Assembly: GCF_035594765.1 (NCBI RefSeq)
Contig: NC_085842.1
Location: 272,661,749-272,725,748 of the forward strand
DNA length: 64,000 nt
DNA from: Anolis carolinensis
Lineage: Eukaryota
Reading direction: 5' to 3'
Notes under the pieces: generated by a model
Database searches by the model: none
What the model was told of the DNA's origin: nothing
The model's input: only the letters and a program-made list of their open reading frames with translations
Made by a program: the position numbers and the translations under genes
Part shown: positions 14,005-27,714 of the stretch, piece by piece
How positions within the stretch are numbered: the first letter of the stretch is position 1
Layout of the letters: every line of letters starts with the position of its first letter

Positions 14005-14672
14005 ATATATAAGGTACAACAACCTTGGTTTAATCATTACTTCTTGTGAGAGTTCAAACTTGATTTGATCTCAGACCTACACATTTGTCTTTTTAGCAGT
14101 TCACTGTAACTGCAAAACACTTCTTTAATGCCACATTTCAAATAAGTCAGTTTTCTTCCCATCATCATTTATCATTGTCCAGCTTTGACATAAATTTATT
14201 TTCACAAATTTAAATTCTATTTTTTTCTTCTCAACAGCATCAGTTGAATTTCAATATTTTTATTATTTATACATCAAATTTATATCCTACCTGTCAGCCA
14301 AAAATAATATTCATGGCAGCTTATTTTGAAATAATCCTGGTATTTTGTAAATGTTTGTCTGTCTATTTATTTTGTTTATTTGAGGCATTTATATACAATT
14401 GTCCAGGTAAGCCTTACAAAATGATTAGGCCTTTTAAAAAACTAATTATACAATGAAAAAGATAAAGACAGAAAACCTAGAAGGTTTTTTTTAAAAAATA
14501 AATAAATAAGACTGATATATTTTTTCTCTTCTATAGGCAGGATTGTCCTTCAGTAACCTGAAGATGGGTGAACTTATTAACTTGGTTTTCTTCCCATTTC
14601 TCACATTTTCAATCTTATATGTATTCTGTTCTATTTGCACATCAGTTTTTAACTTTTAGAAAGTCACTATCT

Positions 14673-15317
14673 TTTCTTTATTGCATAATAATTTTTATTT
14701 ATTTCTTGTAAGTGTAGATACAGCGAAACAAAAAGAGAACAAAAAGCAAGTAGTAAAGAATGGCGAGAAGAGAGACAGGGAGTGAAACAAAGAGGAGAAG
14801 AAAAAAATGAAGTGCTATTTGACTTCCCATCTGTGCTTCGGAGACCTTTTTTCATTTTCCTTTAACTTTTGTCATTTTTTCTAGCCTCCTTTCCATTAGC
14901 TCACTTCTTTATACAAGACAGATCTATCGTAAAATCCATTTTTCTTTTTCTCAGGAATTTTATAACATTTGTCCAATCAGTCTTATTTTTCCCTTCTCTT
15001 ATTTTTTGTGGGGAAAAAATAGGAACCTTCTTTCACCAATGGTGGACATGTGGGAAAATCAAAGAATTTTGGAAGACAATTCACCAAATGACACAAAAGA
15101 TGATAGGAACCAAATTCAAATTAAAACCAGAAACATACCTACTAGGATTCTCAAACTCAGTATTAAAGAAAAATGATGATAGAATACTATTTTACATTAG
15201 CACTGCGGCTAGACTAACCTTAGCAAGAGTTTGGAAAAGAAAAGAACTTCTGAATTCGAAAGACTGGCTAACCAAAATATTGGACATTATACAAATGGAC
15301 ATTTTGACACAAAAAAA
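14673..15317 (-). mobile_element. 5'-truncated, 5'-inverted (twin-primed) L1 fragment
   Basis: 15007-15317 encodes the L1 ORF2 C-terminus on + (CGEKIGTFFHQWWTC...ILTQK). 14673-15010 carries the continuation and 3' UTR on -. 17-bp TSD ttagaaag(tc/ca)actatct at 14656-14672 and 15318-15334. Confidence 0.85.
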
Positions 15318-16146
15318 TTAGAAAGCAACTATCTAAATGGAAAATTATACCAGACTAGTTCACTCTCCTCTGTACATGGAAGCCTCCCTGGGATGGAAAT
15401 AGGCATGGAAGGAACATGGAAATAGTTGAAAATATGTTTTTTGTCATGAAATACTGACAAGAATAAATATGTCTTGTAAAGAATCTTAGCAATTTATAAT
15501 TTATTTTTCAGAAAATTCGCACGTGGCTATTTTGTACAGAAAATAGCATGATGGGCACAGAAAGTAATATTTCTGCACACAAACAATTATTATTTTCTGT
15601 GCAGAAATATGTTTTCTATGCTTTTTTTGCAATTTCTGCAAAGAACTATGAAGACTCTCTCACAACAGAAAACTGATAAAACATCATGTGGCTTTTTTGA
15701 CAATGAACTTAGTGAAGAATTTTATCGTTGGATGAAAGTGCTATCTGGAAAATATTATCTGGAAGAGAAAATGCAAACAGGCTGTTATGGGAGGAAGTGT
15801 TCCTTCAAGTTTCTGCACGCCTCACAATTTAAGACTTTCAGAGTAAGCACCAGAAGTTATTATTGAGCCTGATCACAAATAGGCAGCAAATGAATAAATC
15901 TACTGAGATACGATCCATGCCAGACAAAATATTGGTAGCAGTCTTCATGCTCTAGTAGTAGTCATTCTTCATTACCGCAAGGTGTTCATTACAATAATCA
16001 AGACTGACTCCTAGCAGACTATCTCTTATAGAGTGTTAGCTAAAACACAAAACATAACCTAGAAATAATTTAAATTAGAAAGAGTGAAACAGATCTCACC
16101 CCAAGATAGAACTAAAGATATTACAGACTGACCTTACTTACAGTTT

Positions 16147-16304
16147 CAATGCTATGAAACCCTGGGATTTGTATTTAGGTGAAACACCAGCATTCTTTAG
16201 CAGAGAAGGTGAAATACATTGAACAGTTAAAGCTCGCATGATTCAACAGCATAGTCATGATAGCTAAAGTGGTGTCAAACTACATTAATTCTGCAGATGC
16301 ATCC
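16147..16304. mobile_element. Partial Harbinger-type MITE
   Basis: caatgctatg...taaagtggtgtcaaactacattaattc...gatgcatcc; same family as 21163-21365. Confidence 0.6.
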
Positions 16305-19246
16305 TCTCAATCAGGTTAATTAAACTTTCTTTCCCAGAAAATTCTCACTTCTCAACTATAAGCTTATTGGCTAGACCTGTATAAATTACTTTTTTTCTCC
16401 TCCAGTAGTTTTTCAACAAGTGAAAAATGGTAACTCATCTAGTATTTCTATTGACATGCTTATTTTAAAATATTATAAATTTAACCATGCCTTTCCACTA
16501 CAAACACAGTGTTAAGGTGGCAGACAACCATCACTTAAAAGAAACAAGCAGTTAAATTGCTAAGATCATCATAATAATGAAAATAGATTAATGCGCCAAT
16601 TGAAAGATGAATTTTCACACCCTTGGCAAAAGAAGGACAAGTGACTGTAATTCTGAGAGCAATGTATTCCATAGGCTTGGAACAACACAATTTATTTATT
16701 TATTTATTTACTCCATTTATACCCCACCCTCCTCCACCCCGAAGGGGACTTAAGGCGGCTTACACATGGCAACAAGAGAAAGTCTATTTCCATGTACCTG
16801 TCAAGTTGTCCTGAAGATGCTGGCATTCTTAAAATAGCTTCTTCTGAACATCTTAACATTCAGATATAGGTGGCCCCATGCCATTTAGAGGTTAAATGTA
16901 TAAAGGTAACACTTCAAATGATGTCCAGAAAGCAACTGGCAACCAGTGTAGGTCTTTCCGTTTTAGAATAATGTGATCTCAACACTGTTTACTACATCAA
17001 TCCGTTTTCTAATGTTCACATTTTGTACCAACTGAAACTTCTGGGATGTCCATCTAACACTACCTAATGTGACGATGTTCTTGCATTTCTGAAAAATCAG
17101 AAGTAGAACCTCTGAATGCAGCAATTCGACAGCAAACAATTGATTATTTTCCATGATTAACTTGCCCAGGAAATGGGTTCAAACTCCATCATTTCTATGC
17201 CAGCTGTTTCCAATCTTCTTTACAATGAGTCCTCATTCATGCAAACAAAAGCTACATTACTGAAGACTTTGGGGGCAAAATAATTAATAACATCTATCAT
17301 CAAGATAGCAGATTCCTCTCTTTTTTCTTACTACCTTCCCCTTCAATGATCTGTCAGCCTCTGGTCTTTTCATAACTTCCTCTCTAATAGTGCTGTCAAA
17401 TATATGTCTACTTCTGAAGGGCACTTTTTAAAAAAGAAATGCTGATAGTTGTGAATTGATTTTGGATAAAGTCCAATCTTCACATAGTACTTTTTCTTTT
17501 GCCACAGAAATAGCAAAAGCTTAAACCTCAGATGAGGTTGATGGCCTATGATTTCCTATTTTATCAATTTCCAGCTTTATGATGCAAGCTGGGATTTTGA
17601 GGTTGATGTGCATTTTTGATCTCCCTCTCTTTTCTTCTCCTTGTCCAGGGAGATCCATTCTGAAGTTCACACACTGATAATAAATACCATTTAGTCAAAT
17701 AATGAAGAGTGCAGAGAATTAAAATCAGCAAGATGTCTCACGTCGTATTGTTTCAGTATATGCCTCTAGAGAAGACTGTTGCTATTTTTAGAACAGGATT
17801 GAGATGCCTTCTGGAATCTTATTTAACCAATACCTAAGACTTCTCTGTTTCAGCACATCAGGCAAATTCTCTTACTTGCATTACTCACTGGATTTATTTT
17901 ATCATTCTTAATCTGAAGAAATATTGAAAGACATGTTTCTAAAATTAGGCAAGCATGTGTAACTTTAAAAAACAAGATGTCAAACTGTATCTCATAAGAT
18001 GGCATTCATAATCCTAATTAAGCTTCGCGTGCACTGCAACGTGTGGATTTGCCTAAGATTATATTCATCCTTGTTTACACATATCACATAATTCCGTCTC
18101 TTTCACCCTTAGGGACAGCATTGAGAATTTTAGAGGCATGAGTAAGCATGCTAATTTTGAGAGAAATGAAGCAGATCCCGCTAATGAATGTCTTGTGTAA
18201 CCATAAAATAAAAGAGTAAGGGCTTCAAGTACCACTTACAGATCACCTTTTCCTCTCAGTAGACAAGCAGTTCAGCTAAGTGTCTTTGCTTCACATACTC
18301 TTCAGGGATTTAAATCAATCTGCCTGAGCATTACTTTCTCTTTCTTTCTCTGAGAATACAAAGAGAGAAAGAAATTATCTGTTCTAAATATTTTCCCTTT
18401 GATGGCCACTATTTAGGTGATAGCTATGGTGATACATAGACAGTAAGCATACATTGATAACTTGGATTAGCATTACTGAAAGGAGTCTTCCTCTTATACT
18501 TTCCACTAGGATGAATACCAACAGTTTGTTTATAGATATATGTATCCTACAAAGCAAAAGCATTGTTGTTTGATAACATTATGCTACATAGATGTAAATA
18601 AAATCCAGTTTTTTTCTGAAATATCTGTTCTGGTTTTCATACGCATTTTGTTATATCCCTTTATTAATCTTTTTTTTAAAAAAAAACACACCATAAAATG
18701 CACATTTAAATATCTATTGGGAACATTTTTATTAAGTGGGAGTCCCGGAAAACCAATGGAACTTGATTCCCTTAGTATCTTTCAGTTGCAAGCAGCTGCT
18801 TGCAACATGCATCTTTTTGCTTGCTCTTTTCCTCCCTGTAGCAGGGAGCTTTGATTCAAGCACACTGTGTCACAACCTTCAGCCCAGCTGAGTGGTTCAA
18901 ATACTTTATTTACAAGTTACTCACCCAGGTATTCACAGTAGGAGATAAATGATAGAGAGAGAAAAGAGACCACATGGTCTCAACAGACCCTTATCAGCAG
19001 TTGAAACCTCCAAAATGACATAACTCTTGACTGGAGGTTTCATCTTGGCCTGGCCCTTCTAGGCATCCATGTATGAGTCTTAACTCTTTTATTGCCTGCT
19101 AGTTAGCCACATGTCTTGAGGGTGATTTTTTTTCCTGATGTATATGACTCCAACATTTCAACAATTTTCTCTCTCTCTAGTTGCACCTTGAAGACTGACA
19201 ACTTGGGCTGCAGTCCATGAAAATGCACACCAAATAAATTGGTTAG

Positions 19247-20027
19247 TGTTGCACTAGGGCTCTGAAGCCTCTTTTCACCACAAAGCACACACTGTCCAGG
19301 TAATCCAATATGAGAGTTTATTAAAAGCAGAGTATAATAAAAGCTGGATATATGAAACTCAAGCAAATATAAAAAAAGAATCAAAGTTCCAAAGGTTATG
19401 TCTATAGAAGCAAAAAGTCCAAAAATCTCTTTAGAGAAAGTCTCTAAAATAGCTCCAGTGCAATATGCAGAGGTAAGGTACATAAATCCAAGGCAGGCAA
19501 AACTATGCCATTCAAAGACAAGGTACATAAATCCAGGACAGGCAAAACTATTCCTCACAAGATTAGAATGCAAGAATGACTTGACACTGGGTTACATTAA
19601 TTTCATGGCCCTTGCCACCAAGAGCTCTGTACCTGAACACAGCATTGCTTTCACAAAGATTGTATCAACATGAACAACTTTTAAAAAGCCAAAATCCTTC
19701 CCATGAGATCAATTCATTTGCACCTGCTTTCCCAGGCCTTATCTTTAAGCCACTTGGAGAACCAGATCCTTAATTGCAGGCCCTGTTGTCTCCATTCCAA
19801 TCTTTCGTCCCCGACAATCATTTGTCTTCCCAATTTCCTTTGGTCTGCACTGCACTTCTGGCAGGTTCCCATGGGAACTGCTTTCACCATTCTCTTGGGA
19901 ACTGCCAGGAGATTCCAAAACATTTCTGCCAGGAGATTACAAAACATTTCTCTCTGGACCCTCTGAATCTCTCCCAGCATCATTAGCCTCATCTTCTGAA
20001 CATTCAGAATCTGATGAGGCTACAACA
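19247..20027 (-). mobile_element. Solo LTR (781 bp)
   Basis: TGTTG...CAACA termini and a perfect 5-bp TSD GTTAG (19242-19246, 20028-20032). AATAAA lies on the minus strand near 19317. Short internal direct repeats are present. Confidence 0.85.
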
Positions 20028-20336
20028 GTTAGTTTTTGACATGTCACAAGATTCTGTTCAGCAAGAGGTTGGAAAAATAAAAGAAAATACTTACATTTAT
20101 AGATATATTTTATTTTAAAAAGAACACAACTTTAAACGTATATTGATATTTTATTTTAAGGACTACATAGCAATGTTATTCAAATATTCTGTTGCAAAAT
20201 CCAATGGTTTGCAATGTTTCAATCCATACGGTCCAGGAAGAGGGATTAAGTCAATTTATGTTAAAATTCTCAAAGATCAAAAGCATCAAGCCTAGAAGTG
20301 GCTAGACATCTACTTCCAGGTTGTTATTGTTTGGGT

Positions 20337-20482
20337 TGAGGCTCCTTCTTTGGAGGCTTTTAAGCAGAGGCTGGATGGCCATCTGTCGGGGGTGCTTTGA
20401 ATGTCATTTTCCTGCTTCTTGGCAGGGGGTTGGACTGGATGCTCCATGAGGTCTCTTCCAACTCTATAATTCTATGATTCTA
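20337..20482 (+). mobile_element. Young CR1 3' end
   Basis: gaggcttttaagcagaggctggatggccatctgtc...ggttggactggatg...tcttccaactc followed by an (attctatg)n tail. Confidence 0.9.
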
Positions 20483-20975
20483 TTGGTTTCAGGCTTTGGT
20501 GACAAGTGCTGTGGCAGTTTAGACATTAAAAACACAATTCCTGAAATAATCAATTTTGGGCACAAAAATCAGTACAAGAGTCTGGAAAAGTTGTTTTGGG
20601 ACCACATCAAACCCATGTGTCCCAACTGAGCCATCATTGTGCCATATGGTTTTTAAAAAGTTTGCAAAATCCAAAAATGTTTGATAACAGTATAAGGTGA
20701 CTGTGAAAGAATTTCTACAATTCGTGGAAGCAAATGTTTCAATATTTTAAAGTCATGGCATCCATTGCAATAGATTCAACAGATGTTTGAGAATGAAATA
20801 TTTTTAAAAGAAGGCCGTTTACCATTGTGCTGTACTGTTTAAATTGTTCCTTTAAAAACCCTATTTTAAAACATTTTTATGTTTTAAACTGTATTTAAGC
20901 ACATTTAATGGTTTGATTTGATTTTAGCATAGATATTTTAAAAATTATGTTGCCTTTGTTTTAAACTGTCTAGGG

Positions 20976-21109
20976 CAGCAGTTCTCAAACTGTGAGTCCC
21001 CAGATATTTTGGCCTTCAGTTCCCAGAAATCCTAACCATGGTAAACTGGCTGGGATTTCTGGGAGCTGTAGGCCAAAGAACCTGGGGACCTACAGATTGA
21101 GAACCACTG
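20976..21109. mobile_element. Complete hAT (Charlie-type) MITE
   Basis: TIRs cagcagttctcaa / ttgagaaccactg, palindromic body, and a perfect 8-bp TSD GTCTAGGG (20968-20975, 21110-21117). Confidence 0.9.
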
Positions 21110-21162
21110 GTCTAGGGTTTTTAAGCATTTTTGCTATCATCCCCTTAAAAAAATAACATCTA

Positions 21163-21365
21163 GGGAATATCTACAAGGCAGAATGAGTTCATTTTACACC
21201 ACTTTGACTACCATGCATCAATGCTATGGCATCATATAGTTTTACAAGCCACCTCTGCCCAAAAGTGCTGCTGCTTCACCAGTATAACATCCATGCTTCC
21301 ATGCATTCAGATATAGCAGTTAAAGTGGTGTCAAACTGCATTAATTCTACAGTGTAGATGCACCC
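21163..21365. mobile_element. Harbinger/PIF-type palindromic MITE
   Basis: ggg..atctaca ... tgtagatgcaccc termini, with the inner inverted repeat acaccacttt / aaagtggtgt. Confidence 0.75.
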
Positions 21366-21820
21366 TGAGTCACAGGACCTTCACTTTCAAAGTCGTATCT
21401 TTATGCTCAGAATTCTTTCTGGGCATTAAGAAAGAATCAGGTCTTTTACTGTGAGGCAATTTAAAATGATGGGGAACCCTCCGCTCTTTTCAACAAGTTG
21501 AGGGTCCAGCTGTTCAAAGCAGTTATTTTGGTTAGTGTCATTTGAAAGGCAGGCTAAAGGAAGCCTCTGGCATTAATTTAACACACTGACTATAAGAAAT
21601 CTGTTAGATTGTATGGAGCAGTCTGAACAACAGGACTTCATCAATCAATCAGACATCAAGATAGAAAGGCATGTGTGTGTGTTTCCTCCCATTTCAAGAG
21701 ATGGTTAATGTTAGCACTTAATGATAACGATTAAGGTCTGGGCTAGAAGAACTTCAGATACTTAGCTTCAGATTCAACTGTCAGGACCATTAGGACTTTG
21801 ACAGATGCAGGGCGGTCGAA

Positions 21821-24267
21821 TTGTATGCAGCATTTAAAGAAAAAATGACTGTGGAATTGCATGGAAAACTGCATAAAGCATTAAAAAGGATTTCGTTGCA
21901 TAGTGTGAACAATGTGTCCATCAGATTGAAATATAGAAGTTTTAAAGGTTATGCAGAGCTCTTTGTTAGAGCCATATATTAGCTTTAGTTGTTAGTTTCA
22001 TATGTATTGCACTTCCTATACTAAGATCTCAGTAAAGTTTTAATAGCTGCAAATAAAATCTCAGCATCCAATGGCTTACAGAAACAAGATTTAGGAAACC
22101 AATAGGGAAACAAAAATAGACAATTAAACAATGTGTTTTTTTTTAATTTAGTCCTAATCTATAATCTATAGTATAATCTATAATACTATAAGTATTATAT
22201 GGATGTATTCTTCTGGATGTTTTATGCTACTTATAGAAAAATGGCATATTTGGTACCTCGCTTTGTAAACATACAAGATGAGTTAGAGTGATGATAATTC
22301 TGGTACAAAATCGGGGTGGCATATATAGTTTATCTACTTTAACATTCATCTCCTTGGTTTTTAAAAACTATATATTGTAGGTAAAAATATCTGCTTTACC
22401 TGTTTATTTATATCAGTTTTATTCTATACTCCAGGTAAAAGAATCCTGCAGTGTACTTCTAGCGTATTGGCCACTCTATCGACCAACTACTTAGTCTCAA
22501 TAAGTTATAGATAATGTAATAAAAAGAAAAAAGGGGGGGATAAAAGCCATCCTTTTAACACCTATTACCTCCAAAATATACCTGAAATAAAACACACACA
22601 CTGCTCAGCACCAAACAGGAACAATTAAAAGTAATTGATTTTGGAAGCACTGATATAATAATGCCACAACCAGCCCACAAAATAAAAAGTTATTCTCATG
22701 CCACCAACAAATGAGCCCCAATTAGAGTTGGAAAGGATATTCAAAATTATTTGGAAACTGAGTGTAACACATGTTGTGTGTTCAACAACCCAGACAATTA
22801 GAACCTGAAATAATGTGAAACCACAGTTTGAATATGTTTGGTACACAAAAACAGTTTTTGTATGCAGCATTTAAAGAAAAAATGACTGTGGAATTGCATG
22901 GAAAACTGCATAAAGCATTAAAAAGGATTTCGTTGCATAGTGTGAACAATGTGTTCATCAGATTGAAATATAGAAGTTTTAAAGGTTATGCAGAGCTCTT
23001 TGTTAGAGCCATATATTAGCTTTAGTTGTTAGTTTCATATGTATTGCACTTCCTATACTAAGATCTCAGTAAAGTTTTAATAGCTGCAAATAAAATCTCA
23101 GCATCCAATGGCTTACAGAAACAAGATTTAGGAAACCAATAGGGAAACAAAAATAGACAATTAAACAATGTGTTTTTTTTAATTTAGTCCTAATCACCAT
23201 GTTTTTATCATATAATACTATAAGTTTTCTCATATAATACTATAATACACTAAAAGGTACATACTGTTTCTACGCACATCTCCTTGGATTTGTTCCTCCT
23301 ATTCACAAAAGCAAAAAAAAAAATCCCAAGTTTTTTCCTTGATGTTTAACTTAATACAAACAGAGTAGGTTAAAATTTTAGATATGCTCCAAACTTGCTC
23401 CTAGCAGCGTACATTCATGAAAAAAGAGATTCATGTGAAAAGACCCTTGAATCAAAATGAGACATATTTATAGGGTATAATAATATTTATATAGCTTGAA
23501 GTCTGGGGTTTATAGGGGAAAATATCACTAGTAGAGCTGAAAAAGTGACCTCCAGTGAGCAATAATGCCTGTGGATTCAGGCAGTATATCGCCTTTGCTG
23601 GTACTTCTTGCTTTCTTCTTCTGGATGTTTTATGCTACTTATAGAAAAATGGCATATTTGGTACCTCGCTTTGTAAACATACAAGATGAGTTAGAGTGGT
23701 GATAATTCTGGTACAAAATCGGGGTGGCATATATAGTTTATCTACTTTAACATTCATCTCCTTGGTTTTTAAAAACTATATATTGTAGGTAAAAATATCT
23801 GCTTTACCTGTTTATTTATATCAGTTTTATTCTATACTCCAGGTAAAAGAATCCTGCAGTGTACTTCTAGCGTATTGGCCACTCTATCGACCAACTACTT
23901 AGTCTCAATAAGTTATAGATAATGTAATAAAAAGAAAAAAAGGGGGGATAAAAGCCATCCTTTTAACACCTATTACCTCCAAAATATACCTGAAATAAAA
24001 CACACACACTGCTCAGCACCAAACAGGAACAATTAAAAGTAATTGATTTTGGAAGCACTGATATAATAATGCCACAACCAGCCCACAAAATAAAAAGTTA
24101 TTCTCATGCCACCAACAAATGAGCCCCAATTAGAGTTGGAAAGGATATTCAAAATTATTTGGAAACTGAGTGTAACACATGTTGTGTGTTCAACAACCCA
24201 GACAATTAGAACCTGAAATAATGTGAAACCACAGTTTGAATATGTTTGGTACACAAAAACAGTTTTT
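21821..24267 (+). repeat. Near-identical tandem duplication (1410-bp unit; first copy has a 420-bp internal deletion)
   Basis: 21821-22159 matches 22858-23195, and 22208-22859 matches 23616-24267, with only a few substitutions and homopolymer length differences. Confidence 0.95.
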
Positions 24268-24443
24268 CAAAAGAAACATTTCCAGCTTTTTTCCTATGCA
24301 AAGAAAGTACAAAACTCACCCAGAATGTTATTTTCTCTGCAGCTGTTTCCTACATGAAAAGGGGATGTTTTCTAGGCAAATATAGGTTCTGTGTTCACAT
24401 TTTATATAATCATCATCATCATCATACTTTATTTATAACCTGC

Positions 24444-25430
24444 TGTAAAGGATCGTTCAGGCAGGGGAGATCTTTTTCTTTATATCCCACCACTGCCACC
24501 ATTAAAATGTAATGAGCACTCTCACAAAGCAAATGAGTGGCTTTCAAACAGGCAGGGGAAAATCTCTGATATCAAGATCCCAGCCACTGCCAACAATATA
24601 CACAAAAGCGTGTGTGTGCGTATGAGGCACAGAGGGGAGAGTGAGGGATGAATCCTTGCAGACTCTGTGTAGTGCGGTTCACAACTCAAAGACAATATCT
24701 TTATTGAAAACAAAGAAAAGTTCATTTATTAATTCTTTGGCACATAAGCGTATCTTGTTACCACATTCTTTTGACTTCAGTTTCAATTGGTTATATAACA
24801 AATATTGTCTTGCACACACTTGGTTAAACAAAGCTGTTGCTATATAACTTTTCAAGCACTTACACTGAGTTTAACTTGTTGAGGCACTATCTTTCCTTTC
24901 AGATATATATATTTCTCCTCAGCCTTTCTGACTGGGCACTTAAAACTCAAAGTTACTCTTCACTATAGTCAAACTAACTGAAACCTAGTCTTAACAGACT
25001 CCTTATTCCTCTCAGTTCTACTTAACTGAGAACTCAGACTTAAACCAGCCTCACAGGTGCGGCTGGCGGGGACGAGAGACAGGGCCTTTTCAGTAGTGCC
25101 TCCCCCCCTATGGAACGCCCTCCCCATTGAAGTCAGGCAGGCTCCCCCCCTCCTATCCTTCCGTAGGAAGGTTAAAACTTGGTTGTGGGGCCAGGCCTTC
25201 GAATAAGAATCAGCAGCATTAATTACTATTATGTACGCTGGAACTCAATTGACAGACCCAGTCTTTTAAACTTGAACACGCCTATCTGTATTTTATAATG
25301 CGTTTTATGAATGTTTTATGTAAGTTAATTTTTAACTGATTTATAGTGTATTGTACAGGTTGTATATGTGTGTTTTATTGTAAGCTGCCCTGAGTCCCCT
25401 GTTGGGTGAGAAGGGTGGGATATAAATGTT

Positions 25431-25487
<57 letters not shown>

Positions 25488-25877
25488 GAGTCCCTTATTA
25501 CATCAATATAGCATTGGAAATTACAACTCGAACACATACATCTTCCTTCTAGCTTACCGGCTAGAAACTTCACATATACAGAAATCTTTTTACTAGCTCC
25601 CTAGCTAGAACTTCAACATACAGAAGTCTTCCTTCTAGCTCCCTAGCTAGAACCTGAACTGAACTAAATTTTAAAATGTTCCCTCCTTTTTCCTTTCAGC
25701 TAGCTCTGCCCCTTTCTTGCTAGCCTCTCCAAATAGTTACATTTCTACAGCAGCAACTATGTTACCATGGCGACGCACAGCCAATCAGAAATAGCTAACT
25801 CCTGCCTACCTTTACCATTAAATCAACATTAAATAACATAGACAAAAATCCCCATTAAAATAAGGTTTTCCTTTACA
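24444..25877 (-). mobile_element. Solo LTR interrupted by an L2 fragment
   Basis: 9-bp inverted termini TGTAAAGGA...TCCTTTACA and a 5-bp TSD cctgc/cccgc (1 mismatch). It splits an antisense L2/SINE tail (24410-24443 continues at 25878-25907). Confidence 0.75.
25048..25484 (+). mobile_element. L2 LINE 3' end with (TAA)n tail
   Basis: Allowing for frameshifts in C-runs, it translates to an L2 ORF2 end (QVRLAGTRDRAFSV..LWNALP..VKTWLWGQAFE*). It then has the gccctgagtcccc..gagaagggtggg hairpin and about 17 TAA units. Confidence 0.9.
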
Positions 25878-26130
25878 CCCGCCCTCTCTCCCTGAAGGGA
25901 CTCAGAATATGTCTAAAAAAATTAATTATGGTTATTATAATCATCATCCTCCCTGTGGGTTCAAGCAAAGAAAAATAACAGCTAACATGATACATATAAA
26001 AACATGGGGAAAAACCTTAAACCCATATAAACTGAATATATATCAAAATCCATCCATAAATACTTTAAAACATTAATTTAAAATAGGCTTGCCAGAAGAG
26101 ACTAGGCTTTATTGCTGTTTGAAATTTTTT

Positions 26131-26270
26131 CTGGATCTACATTGTTAAATCATGCAATTTGAACTGCATTATATGGTCAGTGTAATAGACCCATACAGAG
26201 CAATTTGAACTTCATTGACACCGACTACATAATGCAGTTCAAACTGCATTATTTGGCAGTGTAAATCCAG
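26131..26270. mobile_element. Short Harbinger-type MITE
   Basis: ctggatctaca...tgtaaatccag inverted termini and repeated aactgcatta motifs. Confidence 0.65.
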
Positions 26271-26666
26271 CATCTGAATAATCTTTACATGAACAAAGAA
26301 TTATATCCTAAGACTGAATAACACATGCAGGAACCACATCACACCTCCATGCATTCAGAAATCTCCTGGCCTATAAGCTTGTCTCTAGCAATTCCCCACC
26401 AGCTTCTGGATATCCACCCTCCAACATTTTTCATATATTGTCTATCCATTTTTATTCATTCCCATCACCACTGCCTTCTACATACACCTTTGAACAGTAC
26501 ACATGCTCTTCGCGCACACTCATGGATCAAACTAGTACCAAAAACAGAGCGAACAGAAAGTAGAGGAGTCCAGGTCATTTTTCTCCACAGCTTTCTCCAG
26601 AGGGTGCCCTATCCATCAAAGACAGAAGCAACAAATGTTATGTATCAATAGTGCTAACTAAACAGC

Positions 26667-26988
26667 GAAGGATCCCCGGTGGCGAAGTGTGTTAAAGCAC
26701 TGAGCTGGAGACCGAAAGGCCCCAGGTTCAAACCCCGGGAGCGGAGTGAGCGGCCACTGTTAGCTCCAGCTCCTGCCAACCTAGCAGTTCGAAAACATGC
26801 CAATGTGAGTAGATCAATAGGTACCGCTCCGGCGGGAAGGTAACGGCGCTCCATGCAGTCATGCCGGCCACATGACCTTGGAGGTGTCTATGGACAATGC
26901 CGGCTCTTCAGCTTAGAAATGGAGATGAGCACCAACCCCCAGAGTCAGACATGACTGGACTTAACGTCAGGGGAAACCTTTACCTTTT
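26667..26988 (+). mobile_element. Full-length Sauria SINE
   Basis: tRNA-like head (ggtggcgaagtg...ggttcaaacc), body gccaacctagcagttcgaaa...ggtaacggcgctccatg and an (accttt)n tail. 12-bp TSD TAACTAAACAGC (26655-26666, 26989-27000). Confidence 0.92.
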
Positions 26989-27714
26989 TAACTAAACAGC
27001 ACAAACCTTGGAACAGATGCTGCAGATGCTATACACATGTATGAGGTTGCCCAAACTTTTTTTCATATATAAGGTTTGGGTCACTGTGTGGGGTTCTGTA
27101 AGACTACTTTTCCAAGCAATTTTGTTACAACCAGTATTCAACATAGTATACATCTTAAATTCAGAATCTTTCCAGGTAAAACTCTCCATAGTGTCATTGG
27201 CAGACCAGACAGTTTTTAAATTACACATAAGGCAAGATAAGGAAGAACATTTTTACTTGTTAAAAGCTATATTTTTGCCTCTGCTACAAGAATAGTTGAG
27301 AGGAAACACGACATCTGGCATTGTTGATTTCCAAGCTTTACAGTGTAAGTTTGAGCAACAGTCTGTTTTACTTGCAAACATAGGTATGAGTCATAAACTC
27401 ATTTTATGCACAGTATGTGTCTGTTCAACTGAGATGAAGAATGAGAATAATGTATTTAATTTAAATTAAAATCATCTCATGCAGAGTCTGGAAGTAATGC
27501 ACTGCTAGCAACAATCTTACCTTGTAACATACTACTTTTTTTAGGTAACAAGGCCATTAAAATATTCCTTTGCATGTTTCTTCTGTCTCAGATTAGGTAT
27601 TTGGATGAGGAACTAAAATCTTGCTTTTGAAAAGTTTTTTGTGGGTTGTCCTTTTAAGTATTTAAAATGTGTTGGTCATGATGATGATGATGACGATGAC
27701 GACTGCAACATTCT

